This document shows, in pieces, positions 17,289 through 26,495 of a stretch of 64,000 nucleotides of DNA (within the stretch, counting starts at the first letter, position 1; every line of letters begins with the position of its first letter). A program made the position numbers and the translations under genes. The notes under the pieces were generated by a model that worked only from the letters and a program-made list of their open reading frames with translations, had not been told where the DNA came from and searched no databases. The stretch spans positions 1-64,000 of the IMG/VR virus record IMGVR_UViG_3300009093_000034. The stretch is one strand, 5' to 3'.

Positions 17289-19466
17289 ATGAAAGACCAT
17301 GTGATCACCGACAACGTCATTACAAACATGCCTTCGTCAGGTCGAAACTTTACCATCAAGGCATCGAGAAAATCCTTCCAGGTTTTGTCCAGCGGTCTTT
17401 ATGAAGACAAGATCAAGGCCATCATCAGGGAGATCTCTTGTAATGCTATCGATGCACACGTTGCCGGTGGACAAACAGAAAAGAGATTTCAGGTCCATCT
17501 TCCTACCAACTTTGAACCTTGGTTCTCGGTCAAAGACTTCGGTATCGGAATGGATGAAAACACCGTGAATGATGTTTTTACTTCTTATTTTACATCCACC
17601 AAAAGTACTTCCGATGATTACATCGGAGCTATGGGACTCGGTTCAAAGAGTCCCTTTTCTTACACGGACTCCTTTACTGTCACGTCAATCAAGGATGGGA
17701 TCAAGGTCAAGTTCGTAGCCGTTATCAACAATGAAGGCGTCCCTGATCTTCTTCCTCCTTTGGAGAATGGTCCCACGGATGAGCCTTCTGGAACGGAACT
17801 TTCCTTCCCTGTTGATACCACAGATTGTGAGACTTTTGCTGAAAAAGCTGTTAGAGTCTTCATGCACTTTGATGAAGATAAGCGTCCCGAGGTGAACACC
17901 AAGATCTATCACGACAAGCTTGCCTTCTTTGAACAGAAGTTTCAAAACTTCTACTCTGGAAAAGCAAAGAACTGGAAACTTTTCAGCATCAATAACTGGA
18001 ACATGCCTGATGGAACTTACCAAGGTTCCTGTGTATTCGTTCGAATGGGACAGATTTTGTATCCTTTCGCTGAAGATCGGATTCAGGATGACTTTATCCG
18101 AAAGACCCTTTCCAACCAGTATCAGATGGTTCTTGATGTTCCCATCGGAACCTGTGACGTTGCTCCTTCCCGTGAGAAGCTCAACTACGACGCCGAAACC
18201 ATCTCCAATGTCAACAGTCTTCTCAAAGACGCAGTCGATGAGATGATGAGCATCTTCGACGAAGATCTTAAGACTAAGACTCTTTGGGAACAGGTTTCGT
18301 TCCTTCGGGACAAGAGAACCAAGTCAAATCACCCTGCCATCGTAGCTCTTCTTCACATGCCTGAAAGGGAGAAGTTCATCACCTCTTCTACCGGCATCGG
18401 TGTGAAGATGCTCAACGCAAGCGAACAGTGGAGACCTGTGAACTCCGTCATGGCCTACAACAGAAAGACCAGAAATGATGGGTCTGTTCAACTTGGACGA
18501 AATGTGAACGCGTTCTCTGTTTATCCTGGTTCAGAAACCGTGGTAATGGACTTAACCGTTGACTTCTTAGTCAAGGGAAACAAGAAACCTCCGAAGACTC
18601 TTCCAGTTCCTCTTAGAGGAAGTCTTCGTGCTTACCTCGCCCAGAATCCTGGGGTCGAGAACATCATCACAGTTGTTAACGGCGACCAGACCGTCTTTGA
18701 CGAGATGGGAAACCCTCCTACGATCAAAGGTTCTGACCTTCCTAAGCCTCTTAAGACTACTTACGTCAAGAGGATCAAGGGTGGAAAGGACAAACCTTCA
18801 GTTGACGTTTGGGGAAGTCCAATTGAACAGGCTGTCATCGACGATGCAGATGAGATCGTAGTTCTTGAGTGGAATACTACCACTCGCAGAATGGTGGTTG
18901 GAAACACGACTTGGAAACTTGGTGACTTCAGCGGTATGAACAACATGTTTCGGGATGTTGCTCATGTCACGAAATTGAAGACGATCTTCACTCGTAGAAC
19001 CACCTTGGAGATTGAAAAGGATGCCAAAAATCCTGTCAAGAATCCTAAAGTTCTGACTTACACTGAATGGGTTAACAAACACTATGACAGTGTTTACAAG
19101 GTTCTTGAGATCGCTTATGGTGAATCTAGAAATAGTACCATCCGAAATTCTTGGATTGGTAAGATGGTTTTTGAAAACTTGGTCGTTGCTAACTCTCACC
19201 CCATCTTGATGGCCATCAAGAACATGGATGATTCTCAGATCACCAAAAGAAACAACAACATCCATGGCCTGACCATGATCTTGAATAACTCAAACCTGAA
19301 GCTTCCTGAGGATTATCAGCCCAAGATCCTTGAACAATTGGAAAACATTCTTCCCTTGCTTCATGTAGCTTCCAGAACACTTTACAGTGTGAGCATTTCT
19401 GTTGCTCAAGACATCGCTGCTTACATCAGATCCAAGAAGGATCAATTAGATACTTTGACTTTGTAA
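17289..19466 (+). CDS. rIIA: rIIA-like protein (GHKL ATPase N-terminus)
   Basis: IIREISCNAIDAH, VKDFGIGM, STKSTSDDYIGAMGLGSKSPF, GTELSFPV, VAPSREKLNYD; start moved to 17289 because of the AGGAG RBS and the promoter motif over 17247. Confidence 0.85.
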   Translation: MKDHVITDNVITNMPSSGRNFTIKASRKSFQVLSSGLYEDKIKAIIREISCNAIDAHVAGGQTEKRFQVHLPTNFEPWFSVKDFGIGMDENTVNDVFTSYFTSTKSTSDDYIGAMGLGSKSPFSYTDSFTVTSIKDGIKVKFVAVINNEGVPDLLPPLENGPTDEPSGTELSFPVDTTDCETFAEKAVRVFMHFDEDKRPEVNTKIYHDKLAFFEQKFQNFYSGKAKNWKLFSINNWNMPDGTYQGSCVFVRMGQILYPFAEDRIQDDFIRKTLSNQYQMVLDVPIGTCDVAPSREKLNYDAETISNVNSLLKDAVDEMMSIFDEDLKTKTLWEQVSFLRDKRTKSNHPAIVALLHMPEREKFITSSTGIGVKMLNASEQWRPVNSVMAYNRKTRNDGSVQLGRNVNAFSVYPGSETVVMDLTVDFLVKGNKKPPKTLPVPLRGSLRAYLAQNPGVENIITVVNGDQTVFDEMGNPPTIKGSDLPKPLKTTYVKRIKGGKDKPSVDVWGSPIEQAVIDDADEIVVLEWNTTTRRMVVGNTTWKLGDFSGMNNMFRDVAHVTKLKTIFTRRTTLEIEKDAKNPVKNPKVLTYTEWVNKHYDSVYKVLEIAYGESRNSTIRNSWIGKMVFENLVVANSHPILMAIKNMDDSQITKRNNNIHGLTMILNNSNLKLPEDYQPKILEQLENILPLLHVASRTLYSVSISVAQDIAAYIRSKKDQLDTLTL

Positions 19467-19529
19467 ACTTTGTTTTCGCCTTAGGAGCGAAACGTATATT
19501 ACTAAGTGAATTAGGAGGAGCACACCAAT

Positions 19530-20591
19530 ATGATTCGATTTGTGCAGACCCCGAAGGGAGTCTCAATCTATCTTGGCAATGACACACTCATTGTCTCGAA
19601 GACCCATGAGAACTTCCAGGCGGTCATCAATGCCTTGGCCGACGATAAGACGACCGAGGAACAGGTTCGCGAACTCGCTGACCTGAAGAAGAGCGTCGAC
19701 CTATGGTCGAAGGGAGAGCTCAAGGTAGGAGACGACGATGTCGTTACCTACAAGGCCCGCGGCCTGAGTCCCAAGCTCACGAGCAGGATCCTCAAGTTGG
19801 TCAAGGAAGTTTCGGCTAAGCCCGACAACGCCAAGACCCTCGAGATCCTCACCGCATTTCTGGGAAATCTTTTCCAGAACCCTTCAAGGACCGCTGTCGA
19901 AGGTCTCTATGGCTTCTTGGAAGCCTGTGATCTTCCTTTGACCACTGACGGTTTCTTCCTCGCCTACAAGAAGGTTCGTCCGGACTACGGTTCGATTCGC
20001 GCCACGCCTGAAGGCATCCACCTGGACAACACTCCAGGAAAGGAAGTGACCATGGATCGAAACCTGGTTGACGAGAACCCCAACAACACCTGTTCTACCG
20101 GACTTCACGTGTGCTCGTACAACTACCTCACTCACTACGGTGACAGCGAGCTCGATCGTGTGGTTGTTGTCAAGGTCAATCCGAGAGATGTTGTGGCGGT
20201 TCCTACCGACTACAGCAACCAGAAGATGCGCACCTGTGGGTACAACGTCATCGACGAGATCCCCAACAACGAGGGCGAGGTTCTTACCTCTTGGACCTAC
20301 AGCGCCAAGCCTATCAATTGGATCCGAGACACTGTCGAGGAACTCAAGAAGGCTTACGCAGAAGCGTTCAAGATCAAGATCGCCGATCTTGAGGTCAACA
20401 CGGCTCTCTTTGGCTACGGTATCACCGATCGCCAGAAGAACGAGTTCCTCATCGGTCTAGTCAAGCAGTTCAAGCTCTCTACCGGTCTTACGGACTCCAG
20501 TGCCGAAAAGATCATCGAGTGGGGTGCCAAGAACACCGGCTTTGGAAACATTCGAAGCATCCTTAAGTGGATCTCGAACTTCGCAGCCTAA
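19530..20591 (+). CDS. rIIB: rIIB-like protein
   Basis: NPSRTAVEGLYGFL, TTDGFFLAYKKV, TCSTGLHVCS, VKVNPRDVVAVPTDY, KMRTCGY; directly follows rIIA. Confidence 0.9.
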   Translation: MIRFVQTPKGVSIYLGNDTLIVSKTHENFQAVINALADDKTTEEQVRELADLKKSVDLWSKGELKVGDDDVVTYKARGLSPKLTSRILKLVKEVSAKPDNAKTLEILTAFLGNLFQNPSRTAVEGLYGFLEACDLPLTTDGFFLAYKKVRPDYGSIRATPEGIHLDNTPGKEVTMDRNLVDENPNNTCSTGLHVCSYNYLTHYGDSELDRVVVVKVNPRDVVAVPTDYSNQKMRTCGYNVIDEIPNNEGEVLTSWTYSAKPINWIRDTVEELKKAYAEAFKIKIADLEVNTALFGYGITDRQKNEFLIGLVKQFKLSTGLTDSSAEKIIEWGAKNTGFGNIRSILKWISNFAA

Positions 20592-20708
20592 AAAGTAAAG
20601 GTCTGCTACGCCTTTAGTAGAGACCTTGATTAAGTTGCCTCCTGGGAAACAGTTTAGACACCCAGGAGGATTTTTTATCTTCTGAGATATTGAGATTAGG
20701 AGACGAAA

Positions 20709-20987
20709 ATGAAGACCCTTCTTTTGCTCATCGCTCTTGGTAACGGCCACTTTCAAGAACAGATCGTCTATCCTGACCACACGGTGGAAGGAGTTGTTTC
20801 TTTCGAAAAAGAGAACAAGGTCAATGTTCAGTTGAAAGGAAACACGATCCCGTCAAGCTACAAGGTCAAGAATGACATCTTGGTCGTGGAAGAGATGGGT
20901 TTTGCTGTGGAGAATCATGGCAAGGAGATCTGGTTGATCCCGTTGACTGAAACTCACTACAACAAGATCATCCTGAAGAAGAATTAA
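20709..20987 (+). CDS. Hypothetical protein
   Basis: AGGAG RBS; TGAGATATTG motif at 20683. Confidence 0.7.
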   Translation: MKTLLLLIALGNGHFQEQIVYPDHTVEGVVSFEKENKVNVQLKGNTIPSSYKVKNDILVVEEMGFAVENHGKEIWLIPLTETHYNKIILKKN

Positions 20988-21472
20988 CGAGCGAAGTTGA
21001 TAGGAACGATAGTGGCTCCGATCGAACCTTCTTTGCTGGTGAGTCGGAGTCCTTCTTCCATGAGTAAGAAGAGTTGTTCTTCAGAATCAACTTGGTGTTG
21101 GAAAGAATCAACGATGATTCTGAGGCATCGATTGACTTGGTCTGTCAACACAGTTTTTTGTTCTTGAAGTTCCTTGATGACAGAACCAAGGCTCTCAAGA
21201 TTAGCGGTGTCTGTCTTGACACCATTGATGTCCATGCTTGGAGTGTACATCAATCCAGGCAATCCAAGGTGAGCAGTGCCAACGTTGGCAGGTTTTGAGT
21301 ACTTGTAGGTCAACTCTGCATACTTGGTCTCAGAATCAAGAAGGTCCTGAACTGCTTCATTGTACACAGGAAGAAGCTTAGAGACAAGCTCTAAGTTGCT
21401 GACAACATTTCCGTGATGTTGGTTGAACTCTGTCTTAAGTTGAGCAAGAAGCTCCTTGGCATTGACTGTCAT
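20984..21472 (-). CDS. Hypothetical protein
   Basis: Last gene of a coupled three-gene minus-strand operon. Confidence 0.7.
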   Translation of the reverse strand: MTVNAKELLAQLKTEFNQHHGNVVSNLELVSKLLPVYNEAVQDLLDSETKYAELTYKYSKPANVGTAHLGLPGLMYTPSMDINGVKTDTANLESLGSVIKELQEQKTVLTDQVNRCLRIIVDSFQHQVDSEEQLFLLMEEGLRLTSKEGSIGATIVPINFAR

Positions 21473-22011
21473 TACTTTACCTCGTAAAAGATCTTGGTTC
21501 CAGCTGGGTACTCAACACCTTCAAAGAAGGTAGATTGATTTAGTACCAAAAAAGGCAACTGAGGTTCGTGCTTAGGGTACGGAGCCACAGGAGAACCAAC
21601 GACATTGGCGAGATTTTCACTAGCAGATTGAACGTCTTCCAAGTTCTTCTTGGGATAGACAACGTTTAATTGAGCACTACGATCATTCACCCCATCTCCA
21701 CCAAACTCTGGTCCTAACTTTGCACCTTCAGGTGTGAAGAGGAAGTAATTGGCCCAAAATGAAAGGTCAGCTGCGTCAGAGTCAAAAGCTGTCTGTAGAC
21801 CCTTGAGAGCACTCACGAGAGGGTTCTCTTGGATCATACCAAACTCTTCGCTGGTAGTTCCTTGTGAGGAATTTTGAGGAGATCCTGGGATCTGAGATGG
21901 TCGATCTACAAAGTATCGCTGAGCAAACTCATCAACGTTCTCTCCTGTAGGAGGAAGAAAGTTGACGTCTTTCAGGAACTCAGCGATCGTAGATTCCTTA
22001 AAGCCTTTCAT
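21472..22011 (-). CDS. Hypothetical protein, possibly head-associated
   Basis: Starts MKGFKES; coupled by a TAATG overlap. Confidence 0.65.
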   Translation of the reverse strand: MKGFKESTIAEFLKDVNFLPPTGENVDEFAQRYFVDRPSQIPGSPQNSSQGTTSEEFGMIQENPLVSALKGLQTAFDSDAADLSFWANYFLFTPEGAKLGPEFGGDGVNDRSAQLNVVYPKKNLEDVQSASENLANVVGSPVAPYPKHEPQLPFLVLNQSTFFEGVEYPAGTKIFYEVK

Positions 22012-23693
22012 TACTTGTAAGCTCCAGCCTTTCCTAAGAGTCCTTGACCTTCGAACTCGTCCTTGTATGCTTTGAAAGCATACTGATCAAGTTCCTTGAG
22101 CCAAGCGTCATCGATCTCGTAGTACATGTTGTCAAGGCGATCTAACCATTTGTGATCTAGCTCACCTTCTTTGGCGTCTTCTTCTAATTGACCTTCTTCG
22201 TTACAATCATAGCAAGGAGCAGTTCCTTCACCGTGGCATTCTTCACAGTCGACTTGATCGATGTTTCCATCTTCGTCCTCGTCTTCAACTGTTCCTTCAC
22301 CATCGCATTCTGGACACTTTACATATCTTTTGTTGTGGCAAGAGTAACATTCTTCATGAACACCTTGAACAACATCAGCAATACTTTCAAAAATAGTGAA
22401 AACCTTTACTCCAGTATCGGTCTTAAAGATACCTTCTCTAGAAGCTAGTTCTAACATCTGGTCTTGAAGATCTGTGTCATAAGAGTTGTTGCTAAAGTAT
22501 CCTCGTTTCTCAGAGGCATACCCGTTATCAAGATACTGCATGATTCCACCATTACCGATCTGGTAGTTAGCAGCTCCAAAGAACACAACAATTGCTGCTT
22601 CATCTCCATAGGTATGTAGAATGTACTCAATGAACTCTCCCCAACTCTTGTCTTTAGCAGGACCGTTGTCTTGCCAATCTTCGTAACAAATGTCCATAAT
22701 GGTCTGGAGGAAGCCGTGTTCTTCACCACTCTTTGGGGTTGCCTTTAATTTAGAGACAAGGTTTTGGGTGATCTTTTCTTGAAGTCTTTTATCGTTCATG
22801 TTTGTTCCTTTTGTGGATTCTTCAAAATCTTCATTCAAAAACTCATTAGGATTCACTGCATTCAAGAAGTCTTGAGCCAAAAGAGTTGCTGCAGAATGAA
22901 CAATGCTTGCGTGGTCTTTTGCTAAGTGCCATCTTTTAGCATCTTCAATGAAAGAAACAATGGTTTCTAAGCTCACCATATTGTTGATCCAATTTCTAGT
23001 TTTGTCTTGGTTGTAGTCATCTTCTGAAAGAAGTTCAACTGCGTCATCAATAACTTCATCGACAATTTCATCATGCTCATGTCTAAATGAAGATTCTTCA
23101 AATCTAGTCTCGTGTTCAAAATCTTCAATCATGTCTTTTGGATCATTTAAGACTTCAAGAACTACTTCAGATAGCTCATCTGCATCAGACATGTTAGTAA
23201 TTCTTTCTACATAACTTTTAACAAAACGATCCAAACTCTTAGAGTTTTTAACCTTAGTTTTGTTTTTTATGATCATCTTGAAAACTTTTTTAACGTTTCT
23301 AATGATGTCGGCCATGTAGTTATTCCACTCATCATTCCATTCATTTACATCGTCTTCGTCTTGCTCAAAGTCCATGTTTTCAATTTTTCTTTCATGAGAC
23401 TTAAAGGCTTCGAGATCATCCTTAAGGGACTCGATAGCTATTTTGTCCAAGTTAGGTTGCATTCCGCCTCTAGCCTGCATAAGGTTCACCATAGAGTCGG
23501 AACCAAGTGATTCTGAAAGGAGATTAGAAAGAAGAGAATCTAAGGTGTTAAGTGCTTCATGAGCCTTGAAACCATGTACAAACATAGCCTTTCTTTGCGC
23601 GTCAGCTTTCTTCTTTGAACGGAATTTGTGTGGATGTTTTGGAGGATTATCTCCAACATTTTCGTAGCCACCGTCAACTTTCTCTGTGCCCAT
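22011..23693 (-). CDS. Acidic multi-domain protein with DMP19/DUF4375-like domain and DnaJ-type Zn finger
   Basis: ANYQIGNGGIMQYLDNG; four CxxCx(G)x(G)-type repeats; LDRLDNMYYE; ACTAATT motif and AAGGAG RBS upstream. Confidence 0.65.
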   Translation of the reverse strand: MGTEKVDGGYENVGDNPPKHPHKFRSKKKADAQRKAMFVHGFKAHEALNTLDSLLSNLLSESLGSDSMVNLMQARGGMQPNLDKIAIESLKDDLEAFKSHERKIENMDFEQDEDDVNEWNDEWNNYMADIIRNVKKVFKMIIKNKTKVKNSKSLDRFVKSYVERITNMSDADELSEVVLEVLNDPKDMIEDFEHETRFEESSFRHEHDEIVDEVIDDAVELLSEDDYNQDKTRNWINNMVSLETIVSFIEDAKRWHLAKDHASIVHSAATLLAQDFLNAVNPNEFLNEDFEESTKGTNMNDKRLQEKITQNLVSKLKATPKSGEEHGFLQTIMDICYEDWQDNGPAKDKSWGEFIEYILHTYGDEAAIVVFFGAANYQIGNGGIMQYLDNGYASEKRGYFSNNSYDTDLQDQMLELASREGIFKTDTGVKVFTIFESIADVVQGVHEECYSCHNKRYVKCPECDGEGTVEDEDEDGNIDQVDCEECHGEGTAPCYDCNEEGQLEEDAKEGELDHKWLDRLDNMYYEIDDAWLKELDQYAFKAYKDEFEGQGLLGKAGAYK

Positions 23694-23853
23694 TAGTGCC
23701 TATCTCCTTGCCAATGGTGAATTAGTACTTCAGATTCGTATATTATTAGAATCCGTAAATTGTGCAAAATCAGAAAAATCTAATCTAGAATTTTGGAATT
23801 TTGCACTCCACAAAACACTAATTAAGACTCGTGCACAGGAGCAAAAGTTCACC

Positions 23854-26178
23854 ATGCTGATCACCAAAAAAGATGGTTCTAACCAGCCTTTTGATGAGAA
23901 CAAGGTTCTCAAAACCCTCAAGATAAGATCTGAGGGACTATCTGGAGTTAATCAAGATAAAATTTTCAAAGAGTTCACCAAGAACATCGCCGAAGGAATC
24001 TCAACGTCTGACCTAGAGAAGATGCTGATCCTTTCCGCGTCTTCATTGGCTGAAACTCACTTGGATTATGACAAGCTTGCCACTAGACTCTTCCTTCAGA
24101 AGATCTACAAAGAGGTTCTTGGCGGAACAGCTTCAGATGAAGAAAGAGACTCTGCTCACAAGCACGCTTTCATCCATTTCATTGACTCCTCTCCTCTTCT
24201 TGACGATAGAATGAGAAACTGCTTCGACTTGGTCAGACTCTCCAATGCTCTTGATCTTGAACAAGACAAGAGGTTCAACTTCCTTGGTCTCACAAGCATC
24301 TACGAGAAGCTTCTCATTCGTGATGAAAACGGCTTCGTCAAAGAAACTCCACAGATGTTTTTCATGCGCGTCGCTATGGGTCTTTGTCTTGAAGACGTGG
24401 ATGATTTCGTCCTTGATCTTTACGGGATCTACTCTCGTCATGAAGCCATCAGTTCAACCCCAACTCTCTTTGCTTCCGGCTTGAAGAAGGCTCAATTGTC
24501 TTCTTGTGCTGGTGGAGTCGTTACCGATACCACGGAGTCCATCTTCGGAACAGCTGAAGACTCTTTCAATCTTGGTAAGTGGAGCTATGGAATCGGTACC
24601 TCTGTTTCCAAGCTTCGTGCCATCGGAAGCACAGTTAAGTCCACAAGAATCCAATCCAGCGGAATCATCCCATTCCTTCAGATATACAACGCCATCTGTA
24701 ACTCGGTCAATCGAGGAGGTCGTAAGAGAGGAGCCATGTGCTTCTACCTTGAGAACTGGCACTATGAGACTGAGGACTTCATCAAGCTTCGCAGAAACTC
24801 TGGTGATGAGAGAATGAGAACCCACGATCTCAACACCGCTCTTTTCATCTCTGATGAGTTCATGAAGAGAGTTATGAGAGACGAGCAATGGATGCTCATC
24901 GATCCTAAGGAAGCCATTGACAACGGTTACGACCTCACAGAGCTCTCTGGAAGAGCTTTCTCTCAAGCCTACAAAGAACTTGAGAACCTAGCTAAGGCCG
25001 GTAAGATCAAGCTCTTCAAGTTCATCAAGGCTAAGGACCTTTGGAAGCAACAGCTCCTTAGCCTCTTCGAGACCGGACACCCTTGGGTCACGTTCAAGGA
25101 TGCTATGAACGTCAGGAACCCAAACCAGAACTCAGGAAACATCTACTCCAGCAACCTCTGTACAGAGATCGCTCAGAACGTTCTTCCAGATGCCTCGGGA
25201 GCAGGAGAGTATTTCAACTGTTTCTTGGCTTCTGCTAACCTCGGTGAGATGTTTCATCCAGAGACCCAGTTCGATGTTGAGAAACTTACCCACGCTGTTC
25301 GAATCTTGGTACGAGCTTTGGACAATGCAAATGATTTGAACTATTACCCCACAGAAGGTGTAAGAGCCGGTTCACAACGATACCGTTCTATCGGTGTTGG
25401 AGTTATGGGATGGCAAGACCTTCTATTTAAGAACAAGATTCCTTTTGATTCTCCTGAAGCTGTTGATCTTCTTGATCGAGTAGCTGAGGTTTGGAGTTAC
25501 GCTGCAATTGATGCTTCTGCGGCTCTTGCTGTTGAAAGAGGAAGTTACCAGAACTTTGAAGGAAGTCTTTGGAGTCAAGGAATTCTTCCAGTTGACACCT
25601 TGGCCATGCTCTCAGAGTCAAGAGACCTTCCATTGACCGTAGAGTCAACCACTCGTCTGGATTGGGACGTCTTGAGAGAGAAGGTAAAGAAGGGCATGAG
25701 AAACGGTTACGTTATGTCTCCTGCTCCTAACGCTTCCACCGCTCTTTACTTGGGAGTTTATCCAGCTACTGAGGCTCAATATGCCAACATGTACTCCAAG
25801 GAGAACATGCTCGGTAAGTTCTCTATCATCAACGAGTATCTTGTAGATGATCTAGCTAAACTAGAGGGAATTGACGTTGAAGAAGTAGTTCAGAAGATCA
25901 AGAACTCTCGAGGAGATCTAGCAAAAGCTGGAATCAAGGACGAGAAGATCCTTGAGCTTTACAGAAATGCTTTTGAGGTAGATCCATTGGCACAGGTCGA
26001 ACAAGCCAAGGTGCTTGCTAAGTGGATCGACCAATCACACTCCAGGAACATCTTCCTGGACACAAACAGTGGCAAGGTCTTGAATGATGTGTATCTTCAA
26101 GGTTGGTTGGGAGGTGTTAAGACCTTCTACTACTTGAGATCCAAGGCCGCCACATCAGCAGAGAACTCGACAGAATAA
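23854..26178 (+). CDS. nrdA: Class Ia ribonucleotide reductase alpha subunit with ATP-cone
   Basis: ITKKDG cone, TPQMFFMRVA, STPTLF, QLSSC, GGRKRGA, SSNLCTEI, NCFLASANL, PAPNAS, KTFYYLRS; the likely start is ATG 23854, not 23686. Confidence 0.95.
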   Translation: MLITKKDGSNQPFDENKVLKTLKIRSEGLSGVNQDKIFKEFTKNIAEGISTSDLEKMLILSASSLAETHLDYDKLATRLFLQKIYKEVLGGTASDEERDSAHKHAFIHFIDSSPLLDDRMRNCFDLVRLSNALDLEQDKRFNFLGLTSIYEKLLIRDENGFVKETPQMFFMRVAMGLCLEDVDDFVLDLYGIYSRHEAISSTPTLFASGLKKAQLSSCAGGVVTDTTESIFGTAEDSFNLGKWSYGIGTSVSKLRAIGSTVKSTRIQSSGIIPFLQIYNAICNSVNRGGRKRGAMCFYLENWHYETEDFIKLRRNSGDERMRTHDLNTALFISDEFMKRVMRDEQWMLIDPKEAIDNGYDLTELSGRAFSQAYKELENLAKAGKIKLFKFIKAKDLWKQQLLSLFETGHPWVTFKDAMNVRNPNQNSGNIYSSNLCTEIAQNVLPDASGAGEYFNCFLASANLGEMFHPETQFDVEKLTHAVRILVRALDNANDLNYYPTEGVRAGSQRYRSIGVGVMGWQDLLFKNKIPFDSPEAVDLLDRVAEVWSYAAIDASAALAVERGSYQNFEGSLWSQGILPVDTLAMLSESRDLPLTVESTTRLDWDVLREKVKKGMRNGYVMSPAPNASTALYLGVYPATEAQYANMYSKENMLGKFSIINEYLVDDLAKLEGIDVEEVVQKIKNSRGDLAKAGIKDEKILELYRNAFEVDPLAQVEQAKVLAKWIDQSHSRNIFLDTNSGKVLNDVYLQGWLGGVKTFYYLRSKAATSAENSTE

Positions 26179-26200
26179 AGGAAAAGGAAGGAGAAGAGGT

Positions 26201-26494
26201 ATGGTTAAGATCTACACCACCAATAGCTGCGCTGTTTGCAAGCGAGCTAAGACTGATATGCTAGTTAAGGGCATTGCATATGAGGAGCACAACGTCGAAG
26301 ACAACGAACAAGACTTTGACGTGATGATTGAGGCGACTGGAAAAACTGCCGTTCCTCAATTTGACATCGATGGAGAGTGGGTGGTAGGTTACAACTCTTC
26401 GGTCATTGAGAAGGCTTCACGAGATGAAGACGACTTTGAACTTGTTGGAGTAGGTGGACAAGAGTACGCAACTTGCGAATCTTGTGAAGGTTAA
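26201..26494 (+). CDS. Glutaredoxin/NrdH-like redoxin with C-terminal CxxC tail
   Basis: KIYTTNSCAVC, TAVPQFDIDGEWVVGYN, then an acidic linker and terminal CESCEG; strong RBS. Confidence 0.85.
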   Translation: MVKIYTTNSCAVCKRAKTDMLVKGIAYEEHNVEDNEQDFDVMIEATGKTAVPQFDIDGEWVVGYNSSVIEKASRDEDDFELVGVGGQEYATCESCEG

Positions 26495-26495
26495 C

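Noticed and set aside
17289-20591. rIIA/rIIB, and also SPFH (62203..63066), as novel systems
   Set aside because: Both are widespread, well-known genes in large phages; nothing unusual is visible here.
23686-23853. N-terminal extension of NrdA given by the ORF track
   Set aside because: It overlaps the divergent gene's start, RBS and promoter motifs; the ATP-cone begins at ATG 23854, which has an AGGAG RBS. Track starts at 17247, 26454, 37881 and 46457 were similarly shortened.
26161-26203. Stop-codon readthrough joining nrdA to the redoxin
   Set aside because: The redoxin is in a different frame, in-frame readthrough hits another TAA five codons later than the spacer, and the redoxin has its own strong RBS.
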